Origin: Paramoeba atlantica
Taxonomy: Eukaryota > Protista > Discosea
NCBI GenBank assembly: GCA_977017575.1
Contig: CDRNVI010000081.1
Coordinates: 1-56,056 of the forward strand
Direction of reading: 5' to 3'
DNA: 56,056 nucleotides
A program made the translations under genes and the position numbers. Of the stretch, positions 45,271 through 55,675 are shown piece by piece. Each line of letters opens with the position of its first letter. Position 1 is the stretch's first letter. A model generated the notes under the pieces. The model searched no databases. It saw only the letters and a list, made by a program, of their open reading frames with translations, and was not told the DNA's origin.

Positions 45271-47000
45271 CTAATATCGAATCTTGTGCCCATTGGCAGC
45301 AATACACACTTCTAGCCGTTTTTCGAACGTGCTGTGTAACTTCTTGGCCGTCACCCTGCCTTCAAGAGAGAGAAAATAACTTTGCGACACTCTTTTTATC
45401 TCCTCAGAAGTCCGAGGAAAGGTCTGGTTCTTTGCGTGTCGAATTCTTGCCCAAAAGTTCTCTATAGAATTCAAATCCGGGGAGTCTGCAGGCCATCTGA
45501 AAGGATTTTTGTCCCCTGAGTAGGGCATGTACCGCAAACATTGTGCGCAATGTCCGGAAGAGACATGCGTGTTCCACCACAGCTGAGTCTTCTCACTCGT
45601 GTGTGGAGAAGCCCCGTCATCCATGTAAACGGCGGTGGAGTTCAACTCACAGTATCGAGTCCACTCCGTATCGAGGATTTCGCGACGATAGTGTAGACTC
45701 CCCAATTTCAACTGATCAGGAAGCGTTTCGCGCTTTTCTCCAGGGCGCAGGGGGCGGCTTAGCTCGTTCGCATAGAAAGTAGAGAAATTGTCGCACCAGT
45801 GAAAGATAAAGGTTCCCTCTTTATCGATACCTCCCCATATCATGACCTTAATGGGATGGAAATCTCGGTTGCGCGCAACTCGATCATAATGACTCTGCCA
45901 AGTAGACGTGGAAGAATCCCCTTCACAGATAAACGTTTCATCAGTAAAAACAAGGCTCTCAAAAAACTGTCCTTCCGTTCGTTCATTTTCCTGAAGCATC
46001 GCCTTACAAAAATTTACGCGGGCCTCCCGCTTCCGAGCACTGAGATGCAGTGTGCGTTTCTTTGACCCATATGAGTAATCATAGTAGTAATGCAACGCAC
46101 GCATTCGATGACGTGAAACTTGGATGGATCCCTCGCTTAAGTTTACCATAGCCCTACGTAGGTAATTGAGGGATCGGTGTACCGGATGCTTGGCCATAAC
46201 GCTGGCAAAAAGATCCTTGGCCTCTTCGGCGCTACTCCATCCCGATAGAGTTCGACGAACTTTCTCAACTTTTTGCACGCGCAGCGTAACAATTATGGAC
46301 TGGCCGTCAATTTTTCTAATCAAGCGACTACATGTTTGCTTGGGCAAAGTAAACATGTAGCAAAGATCCGCTTGACAGAACAAACCTGTTTGATATAAAC
46401 CTTTTAAAAGAAACAACCCAGACTCAGTTAAACTGCCAGGCTGTTTGAAAAGAACAGTTAAGTGGCGTTTTCGTTGATTTTTCTTTTTCGTCGGACGACC
46501 CCTTTTCTTTCCTACGTTTGGCCCTTTTTTCTCAAGCAGTGACGCGCTACGGACCTCAGTTAATAAATGAAGTGTTTTTTGCCTCTCGTTTGATAAATTA
46601 GTGAAACGTGTTTTCAAATCCTGACACTCTGCGCGAGCTTTGCATTATCCTGCTTTAAAATTTGCACTTTTTGTTCCATTTCTGTTCTCCGCGTTTCGGC
46701 CTCCATGAAGTCCTCCGCACTCTTAGCTCCACGCTTCTCAAGAGTCCTAACCTTTCTTTTGGTCTTGCAGAGTTTATTACGCAGCCTCTTGATAATTGCA
46801 TCCTTGGCATTGATTTTTTTCTCCAAGGACTTCAATTGTTCGTCACTTGGATCTGAAATTAACTGTGTAAGAGGTGCTTCCTTTTCAGGGGACAAAGCGT
46901 CAAGGCTGGTGTCGTCATCAGCTCCGCGCGATACATCGGAGTGCAGACCCTTTATTTCCCCTACCGCTTCTAGAAGCTTTGCGTCTAACCCAGGCGACAA
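45271..47000 (-). pseudogene. Tc1/IS630-like transposase (DD51E) with an upstream coiled-coil ORF overlapping by 4 nt, probably one frameshifted gene
   Basis: Motifs VFTDET, KVMIWGGI, YMDDGASPH and WPADSPDLNSIENFW. The HTH segment GSLTESGLFLLK resembles GGLTDSGKVLLK at 9.0 kb. The 448-aa ORF has no ATG before the HTH. Confidence 0.87.
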
Positions 47001-47074
47001 TGGTCTATTTCCTTGGAATCGGCCTGGCGAAAAAGAAGGAACTGGCGAGCGGGCCGAACAGTGTACCCCGCGGC

Positions 47075-47332
47075 GGTACCAGTCTTATACTGCCGCCTGT
47101 ACAATCTGGGCATTACCTTTCTGGATGGCCACCCCTATGGCCATCAGAAGGTGGGACATGCATCCGTTCTTGTGGATGTGTGGGCCCGGGCCACCTTGGT
47201 TAGGAAGTTCAAGGTCTCTGGGCCCGGGATCCCGTACGTGGTGAAGGCCAAGGGGTAAAATTCCATCCCTCGGGCGGTCGCCATCTCATTGTGTGAGCGC
47301 CGCTTGTTGGCCTCGGCCATCCTCAGGGTTTC
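47075..47332 (-). pseudogene. 3'-terminal fragment of a CRE-like retrotransposon
   Basis: HNEMATARGMEFYPLAFTTYG...AIGVAIQKGNAQIV aligns with the C-terminus of 36905-38107. Confidence 0.85.
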
Positions 47333-47582
47333 TTTTAAATTTCTATCAGATGCCTCAAAAATACGACCAGCTGCCCTTGGAAACTACACCCATACGCAGT
47401 AGAGTGTCTCGCCCTAGGTGGAATTTTGGAAAAGTGTGCAAACTTCGTTCAATCTTGTGGGTTTAAAAATAATAAACCTCTATTTTTTGTGGAACTAAAT
47501 TTTTTGCTCCCGCACCACAAAAACATAAATTAACGTAACTTTAATAAAAAAAAACTACGTACGAGCGCCAAGATCCGTCATA

Positions 47583-48500
47583 ACTTTTTTATTCTCTTCG
47601 TTAAACGCGGTGGTTGTTTTCAACTTAGAAGTCACTCATGCTGCGCGCTTCGCGTTGAAAACTACCACCGCGTTTAACGAAGAGACTAAAAAAGAAAATT
47701 TAGCCTGGAAAGCTGAAGAAAGCGGAAAGATTATAGCCAAAAATAGCCGATTTTCGGGTAAAAAAGGGGTCATTTTTGCGTATTTTTGCTCTCAGAGCAC
47801 TAAATCCGATATTTGCGTGTGAGAAATCACTCTTAGGCGTGAATGAAAGCCTACTGAACGTATTGGGTAGAGAATGCGACTCAAACCACACCATTCTTTG
47901 GCATAAAAAGACCCCTTGAGGTCCGAAAATTACTTTTTCACATTTTTTTAGTCAAAAAAGGGTCTTTTTGAGGGGCGCACCACGGCTCGAAGAATGGATA
48001 TCTTGCGAAAACAACGGTGTGGACAGCTAGTATAGGGCACAAACTATAAAAATACAATAGGGCAAAGGATTTTGGAAATTTTTTTTTTTTGCCATTTTTT
48101 CCGCCAAGTTGAAATTTTAAAAAAAAAAAAATCCGAAAAAATCCGAACTTGGCGGACCCGTCCTGCGGATACGCGGGGGGGTCACCCCCGGGTAGGGGGG
48201 TGGAAAATGCGCGCCAAGACCCCGGATACCCCTCTGCGGTTTTTGTTCGAAAAATATTTTTTACGAAAAAAATTGCTCGACCATGACCCCCCCTGGACTC
48301 CCCATTTTTTTCAATTTTTTTTTCAGTTTTGGACCCCTTTTATATTTTTTTCTTCTATTATAAATTCTTTTTTTTATGATAAATTCTTGTATTACTGTGT
48401 TCCTCTTTATACACTGTATACACTGTATTTCTTTATACACTGTATTTTCACTGTTTTTGTTCACTTTTTTTCAATAATCGAGGGTACAGGGGTAGTTGTA
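47583..48500 (+). repeat. Diverged full-length copy of the 0.9-kb element
   Basis: Palindrome at ~47590-47700 and a colinear body to ~48490. Confidence 0.88.
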
Positions 48501-48760
48501 CCATTTCACCTGTACATGCAGGCGTGTTTCCTTTTTTCTGTGTTTGTGCGGGTGAATTAAATTTATATCTACGATATGTTTTGGTACAATTTGAGAGTAA
48601 GATTGGATTATTCATACTTGTTTGTTATTTATACTTGTTTGTTTATTCATATATGTTTTCATGTATATGTTTCCAGGGAGCCCCTCGGCGTGAATTTCGA
48701 TTTTGAATTTAATTTTTTTTTTGCCTGAATTCTGATTTTCCGCTTTCTTTCACATTTTTC

Positions 48761-49756
48761 ATGACAAACCAACAAGATCCCCTTAACGGAAACCCGGATG
48801 TCATGCTCCGTAGTTTTATTGCTCTTTTGGAGGCGGCGACTTACCGAGAGCATAGGCGTGGCCCACTTGGGGACGCCCCAGCCACAGTTCAAGACCCCAG
48901 CCTTCTCAATCCTGCGCTCTGGCGTGACGTACCTTTACGTCCAGTTTGTACTCAGTGTCCTGCGTTCAACTGCGTGAAGCGTTGGAGTAGTGTCGCAGAT
49001 ATCCCCCTTGGTGCGGACGCCGAGGGTTGGATGCGGAATCACGGTTTTCTTTATCCCCCCTCTAGTCCGAAGCACGGTGTTGCGCGTATGGTGGACGTTC
49101 CTGGAAAGTCCCATATGCAAATCTGCAACCACTGAGAGTCTGGCTCTCGAAATGCCTGCAGAATCAAGAAAGGCAAATTCGAATCATACATTTCCATGCG
49201 CAGCCATCTCACTCCAAGTATTCTCTTACTCGTCTGGGACGACATCGCGAATCAGATGTGTACCATCCAGATTTGTCATAATAGAGGGGTGGGTCGCAGA
49301 ACTGTGCAGGAGGTTCTGCACTCCGCGGCGGATGCAACCCTTGCTCAAGAGCAGATGGAGCAATACGAATTTTCCCGAATTCAGGTTGATGAAACCTGTA
49401 TAGGGAAACGGAAATATCAGCGGGGGAGGCGACAGCGCAAACGGGGGTGGTGGTTTGCGACAGTGACCGAGATCCGAGGTCAAGAAATGGGAAGAACCCA
49501 TCGGAAGCTAGTGAAACGAAGAGATACGGAAACTCTTCACAACTTCATTCTTCCGCACTTGACAAGTGCGAGGGCTGTCGTGGTTAGCGACTGTTGGGGG
49601 ATGTACACCACTTTGGGTGACTTTTGTCGCCACCACGCTGTGAATCACAGCGTGGAGTTTGTGAACTCCTAAGGGTACCACACGAACACCGCTGAAGGGT
49701 CACATCGTATCATAAAGGACTGGGTGCGGAAACAGCACTACAATTTGAAGAAATAG
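48761..49756 (+). pseudogene. Merlin/IS1595-like transposase with two in-frame stops
   Basis: A single frame carries CTQCPAFNC, QVDETCIGKRKYQRGR, SDCWGMY and HHAVNHSVEFVNS*GYHTNTAEG, with TGA at 49133-49135 and TAA at 49670-49672. Confidence 0.9.
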
Positions 49757-49889
49757 CACTACAATTGAAGAATAACTAACTTGAAGACACTTCTTAGCCC
49801 TGAAATCAAAAAAAAGTCAAAAAATGAAAATGTATGGATAAATAGCTCTCTAGCCTTTGGACCAAGCAGGGGTTTCTATAGCAGGGGTT

Positions 49890-50620
49890 TCTATAGGTGG
49901 GTCGGTGGAGCGCCACATCAAGAAGCACTTAGGGCAGCTTCACAGATCGGAACAGGTTGCCAACACTCTATTTGTTGGCGCAAGCTTCGCCGTCTGTGGT
50001 TACTATTCCGCACGTTGGAGTTAAACTATGCAAATCTCTTCGGATTCGTGGTCGGCGCCCTTAATGGCGGCAATCCAACCGCGGCCGATCAACGATCCCC
50101 AACAGAGTCCCCATCCGACTTCGCCCTCAGATAGTCAACAAGAGGCGTCGGTATGGGGATTAGGAAGCAGACCTCGTGGAAGGGCACTCTCACTCAGGTT
50201 ACATTTTGACCTTGTGTGAGCGGAAGATCCGATTCCCCGTTCTGCGTGTTCTACGATCGAAGCATGCCGAAGAAGTGACAAATCAAATCATCAAGGGATT
50301 AAGAAAGAACATAATTTTTACTATCAGTTGTGACGATGAAACGGAAGCTTCAAAGCGCGAAAGAGCGAATGAAAATTGGGATGTAAATCATTTTTCAGTG
50401 CTCCGTATCACTCGTGGAAAAAGGGGGCGGTGGAAAATTCAAAAGTCAACAAGGTAAAGAAGAGGTACAGATGAGCTACGAAAGCCTCTCGAAGTGACGT
50501 GAGATTTTGAAGAAAGGCTTGGGGTAAGCAGAGCGTTTTTTGACGTAAGTTTACTTCGACTCCTAGAATAGTACTGCACCAAGAAGGCTAAGTGGTAACG
50601 ACAAGGTCCGCACCTACACT
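49890..50620 (+). pseudogene. Degenerate IS30-family transposase
   Basis: Ordered IS30-like motifs across stops and frameshifts: RSEQVANTL, IPNRVPIRLRPQIVNKRRRYGD*EADLVEG, YILTLCERK...KHAEEV, ISCDDETE and FSAPYHSWKRG. Confidence 0.75.
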
Positions 50621-51549
50621 GGCTGCGTTTGGTAAAAACATTGAAAATCTCGCTGCAATGTAACCTGATCTTTCGAAAATAAGTGTCCGTTGTCAATGAA
50701 CGTCAGTAATCCGGCGTTACCACTGTATAAAACAATCGTTGCTGCGTGGGCAATTTTGACGGTTGCATGTCAGCCCATTTGTAATGTGGTCCAACCGTGG
50801 GTGCGTCCTTTGATCCTGACTGTGAAATATGATTGCAATATCATCATACCCCATTTATAATTTCAAGACCGCACGGAGAGCGCGGTTAACGCCATCCGTA
50901 TCCCCTCATTTTATTTGTTAAATGGTATGATTAGATTAAATTATATGATTAACCAAAGATGAACGGGCAAGGATGAGACCAATTATTCTATGCGGGTTCA
51001 ATGATTGAAACCAAAACATTGTTTTGGTAAATCAATGGGAAAATAAAACGATGATTCACTCTTCTACACTTTGATGTTATTCGAAAAATAGAAAAAAAGC
51101 ACCAATTTAATAATTTTACCAGATACTAGTAAGCTTTTACTAGTAAGTCAGAGAACTACACTGTTGGAAAAATAGAGTACGATTGTATTAATACTTTTTT
51201 TTCATTCATTATTCATGTAAATCTAGTGGCAGTTCATCGGTTCCCTATCACATGCGCATGCACATTGTATATCTAGATTTCTGCAATTGTTTTCGAAAAA
51301 AGCATAGGTACCGTATAAAAAACTAAAAATAATTGGAAAAATTAATTGCAGCTTACTCTTGAGCATACTTAGACTTCCAATGTATTTACTTCAGAAAATC
51401 CACCTCCTCAATCTTGCACGATTATAAAAACCAAAAACAAAAAACGGATCCACAATTCATTTGTTCTCCAGCCTAATACGTTTGTATAATATCAGATGCA
51501 TAGCCATTTCTAGAACAATTGGTTCTTATCGTCAAACAAATCGTAAAAA

Positions 51550-52053
51550 TTATTTCTTCTTCTCTACTAGCTTTTCAATGAATGCCTTGCCCTTCTTACG
51601 GACCTGTGCTGCCTCAACTGAAAGTGCTTTGCGTTGAGCGGCTGACAACTTCTGGTATTTGGCAGATACTTTCTTTGCCGCCGCGCGGAAACAAGCTTTA
51701 GGATTCTTGTGGTTTCCCTTCTCCGCCTTGTATATCGCTGGCATGTTACGTTTCAGGAACAAGCTATAAGGAAGGTAGCGTGCGCTTTTCACTTGTGATA
51801 CGAGCGCTTTCTTCTGTTTCAGATTCTCGGCAGCAATCTTATTCAAGGACTGGACTTGAGCTGGAGATAATTTTTTAAAAGCGGCATTTGCTCCAGCGAG
51901 ATCTGGGGCTCCCTTTTTACCTTTGAGAAGCTTTGAGATAAATACATGCCGCGCACTTGTCGGGGCTGATTTTCCAGCCCATGGCTTATTGATAACTTTA
52001 CGACGAAGCTTTTCGATGTTCTTGGTGAGATTTGGAAGCGCACGAGAAAACAT
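51550..52053 (-). CDS. Twin-HMG-box KAP/TFAM-like protein, copy 5, 167 aa
   Basis: Intact paralogue starting MFSRALP. Confidence 0.72.
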   Translation of the reverse strand: MFSRALPNLTKNIEKLRRKVINKPWAGKSAPTSARHVFISKLLKGKKGAPDLAGANAAFKKLSPAQVQSLNKIAAENLKQKKALVSQVKSARYLPYSLFLKRNMPAIYKAEKGNHKNPKACFRAAAKKVSAKYQKLSAAQRKALSVEAAQVRKKGKAFIEKLVEKKK

Positions 52054-52381
52054 TTTAGAGAAAACTATATATTTGAAGTCCTCTGAAATATTCTTTATGG
52101 CAATAGCTATTTTTTGACGATAAGAAACGTCGTTTTCTTACACGAGTGTTTTCTATGGTGCACGAGTGGCCGAAGGCCACAAGTGCGTGGTTAGGAAACA
52201 CTCGCCACGTCGTTGAAATATTTTTTGATTTCAACAAAGTGTCTCCACGTCGTTGAAATTTCAACGAACCCGATACGTACCCAATATTTTGAATTATACA
52301 GGTATTGTGCCCCCTACTTACTTTTCCCTTTTTTGGAAAAAACAGGTGACAAATAAATGGTGGGAACAGTATTTACAGATG

Positions 52382-54132
52382 TTAAAATTTGAATACGCTC
52401 CACTCATCATCGAGTGACTGCCACCAAGGGTTCCCTGAATTAGACCCGGATGGAGATTCTTCCTCCTTATCAGCATCGCGTAGGGCTTCAGGAACGGAAC
52501 CGTTGTATACGTACCACACATCAGAAGCCGTGTCCCACTTGGCAAACCGTGTTGGAAGCTTGCTGAGTTGTAGGTTCTTACGTGGGGGATCGTACACACA
52601 AATCTTATCGAGGCGATTCGGTGCCTTACTCGCATCCAGATAAACTAAAACTTGGTTGGTGAACAGCGAAAGGAAATATGTTGAGTGGGGTAGCTGAGAA
52701 ATATCAACCACCCCCTGAAACTTGTTTCGTGCCAGCGCTAGCTGTGTGAGACCGGAAGGCACTTGTGAGAAGTCAAGTACCCCTGTGAAGGAGTTATTGT
52801 GCAAGGAAAGGACGCGCAGACCACGCGGCAGAACACTCAAATTAAGATACCCCTCCAATCGATTGTGGTCCAGAAAAAGCTGATTTATTGTATGTGGCAG
52901 AAAGTCAAAAACCACATTACCCGAAAAGTCGTTCGAGTCAATGGTTATGATCATACGCTCGTGGCGCAGAGATACGTCTCTCTGTGTGACGGCCGATACC
53001 ATCGGCGCATGACCCGCATACGACGGGTGTCACACAGAGAGTGGAGTGCGAGGTAGGAGACGAGACGCCCATCGGTCATGCTACAGCACGTATAGCCATG
53101 GTTCATGCTGCAACACGGTCAAGCCGTGGGTTCATGCTGTCAGATGGTCTATCGTGGATCATGATGCATCATGGGGAGGTCCGTTACCGCCGCACTCGCT
53201 ACAGCATGTAGGGAGAGAGGGGTGCAAGTTCGCATCCCCTATACACGCATACAACGTGTCCTCCCGCTGTAGCACGCCCAGTGGTCCTCAAGGGAGGCCA
53301 CCATGGCGCATAGCTCCCGGGAGAAGAAAGCACGAGAAGGAGAGAGTCGGGGAGGGAAGAAAGCTCACTCGAAGAGAGCGAGCCGGGGAGGGGTGAAGAG
53401 TGCGAAGTGCGTCCCCTACTTCCGCGACAAAGAGGGACAGTTTCAGCTAGCCGTCAGCCGGAAACGGGCATTTAAAAGTAAGAATATGCCCGTTTCCGGG
53501 AAAAGAAAGGAAGGGCAACAAGGTACAGAAACTGTATCTAAAAGGTCTCGTAATGTAGGGGGCAAAGCGGTGAGGTCCACTTTCCCTGTGCAACAATTTG
53601 ATCTTGCCCAAAAAAAGAGCAACGTGCGTGGAAGTTCGCTAAAAGCAATTTCACCATTCAACTTGTTTCCATCTAGAAAACAATCCTGAAGTTGTTCCGC
53701 TGAGTGCCCAATATTGATTGGACCTGTCAAATGATTTCGTTCCAAAAAAAGTTTTTCTAATGTGTTTGGAATAAAGGCAAAGTTGAGGCTGCCTTGAAGG
53801 CCCCATGACGACCAATCGATTGAGCGGATCGTACTGTTTTTAGATACTTGAACGCGATCCCAATTTTCAGCAGTATTTTCTACTGTCCATGAGGGACGTG
53901 GATTCGAAATATTCGCCACGAAACGAGCCAAATGATATTCGGGGGCCAGTATTGATTTGTGCACTTTTGACGGCCTTACATGAGAGGCGTCAGAATTCAA
54001 GACACCTGAAAGCATTGTGGTACAATTTGTAACGGATTGTGGAACCATATAAAGAAAAAAACTAACTTGTGAAAGTAAAACCCCACTTAGGGTAACCCGT
54101 ATAAATGGGTGTTTACATGTAGGTGAATACAT
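52382..54132 (-). pseudogene. LRR protein gene split by a 596-bp insertion
   Basis: The N-part ends ...DLTALPPTLRDL (53542) and the C-part resumes TIDSNDFSG (52945). Rejoining them restores the LPxxLxxLxLxxN register. Confidence 0.88.
52946..53541 (-). mobile_element. SL-headed, structured non-coding insertion (candidate retroposed RNA/SINE-like element)
   Basis: Begins with 24 nt identical to the 3' part of the SL-like sequence (53539-53516). Contains a 14-bp perfect hairpin (53458-53499) and a three-way junction (52978-53041). No long ORF. Confidence 0.75.
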
Positions 54133-54742
54133 GTAAGCAAGGGGGGTTACACAAAATGACTATACGATAAAAATTCACCTCCTGGGCTCTCAGGTTTTGG
54201 GTCACACCCTGCTTTGCCGGAGTCATATTTTCACGAAGGACACTCCGCTATGCATGAATATAGCAATATGAATATAGTAGTCCTGCAAGAAGCGAAAACC
54301 AGCGATTCGCTAAATTCCGAATAAGGATATCTGCCCAGCCATTGATATGCTGTCCATTCGCTAAATGAAGATAAAGTAGGCGCGCGAATACAAAGAACCA
54401 TATTTTGGCCGAAATCCTACAAATCACATGAAAGCACAGCTGATTCGGCGATCAACAGGGTATTGAAATTCATCGCAATTTCACCTCTTGAGGGAGCTGC
54501 GTCATCTAAAGTAGAAACCTATTACTCTTTTTCACACAAATATATTTTAATGAGAAACATGTTCGTAAGAACAGGGTATAAAAATTCAACCCATTGATAA
54601 CAAAAAAAGGCATAACAAAAACAGTTTTCTTATCGAAAATATCCATTCAACACTTTTTGCTTACCCAATTTCTTTTTACACGCCCTTCCTCTTTCCCCAT
54701 CTTATCCCCCAATTTTCTCTTCCCCCTGTTTGAAGATTTCCT

Positions 54743-55141
54743 TTATTTCTTCCCCTTCCCACCCTTCATCTCCTTTCGCGCCTTAATTTCGGCACGAATC
54801 GCCGCGGCGGCGGCGCCTCTTTCGGGCTTTTTCGGCACCGCCTGCTTCATGGTGCGCAGCGTCTCGACGTCGGCCCCGACGAAGCCGCGCTGGACGACCT
54901 TTTTAGACTTCCGAGCCCGGCGCCGCGCGGTCTCCTCGGTCATCCCTTTGCGGTTAATCCGGCGGTACATGCGGGTCCAGGGCACGTAGCGCGCGTTCTT
55001 CTTTCGCCGGTACAGCGTGGTGCAGCGGTTGGACGCGAAAGGGAGAACGGGCTTGGTGGAGACAAAGTTGGTCGCGACGAAACGAATCCCGTGCCCGGGG
55101 TGGACGGGGAGCCCGGAGAAGGTGCACTCCTCTTTACGCAT
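54743..55141 (-). CDS. RPL24: 60S ribosomal protein L24 (eL24), kinetoplastid type
   Basis: CTFSGLPVHPGHGIRFV...STKPVL...RKKNARYVPWTRMYRR, with a Lys-rich tail. Confidence 0.95.
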   Translation of the reverse strand: MRKEECTFSGLPVHPGHGIRFVATNFVSTKPVLPFASNRCTTLYRRKKNARYVPWTRMYRRINRKGMTEETARRRARKSKKVVQRGFVGADVETLRTMKQAVPKKPERGAAAAAIRAEIKARKEMKGGKGKK

Positions 55142-55675
55142 GTGTGAGGTGTAAAAAAGAGGTAAAAAAGTAAGACGGGGATAGAAGGAAAAGAAGAAAA
55201 TAGAGGAGAAAATAGAGGGAAAGGTATAAAAGAGGAAAGGAAAAAGATTGTGATCTCTGTCTGTGGACGGAGACGAAGGGGTGGATAAAGTTTGGATGAA
55301 ATATGTCGAAAAAGAGGTAAGGAAGGAGGTAATGCAGATTAGGAAATGTTAATGAAAGAGTGGATGTGGTGGATGCAGGGATACCCAATCAAAAAGTAAA
55401 TTCCACTCTTTGAAAGTTAATCTCCAGCCCGCACAAAATGAGTACCAAGACATATTTTTCTAAATAGGTAGTGACTTTTCGCTATTGGGCCTGAAATGCC
55501 AACTCACAAGTCAACGAACGCTTTAAAAATTGCGACCTGTGTAGTTGAATCCTTTTAAATTTGAACATAAGACGGCCCCTTTTACTTATGAATTTAAAAA
55601 AAACCTAATCTTAAATAAAACCATCTTAGCCACGTCCACACACGGGGATCCATGGTCCGGGCGGACCACCACCCG

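Noticed and set aside
46645-46659. T TTA AAG slippery heptamer as a programmed -1 frameshift joining the coiled-coil ORF to the Tc1 transposase
   Set aside because: The -1 frame meets TAA two codons later, so it cannot reach the transposase frame. A mutational or assembly indel is more likely.
48761-49756. In-frame TGA/TAA (and TAG for Trp at 40430 and 50162) as a sign of stop-codon reassignment, as in Blastocrithidia
   Set aside because: Host genes here have no internal stops and terminate at TGA/TAA/TAG normally. The stops are confined to decaying transposases.
52978-53041. Three-way junction as a hammerhead ribozyme
   Set aside because: Neither strand has the CUGANGA and GAAA core nucleotides at the junction.
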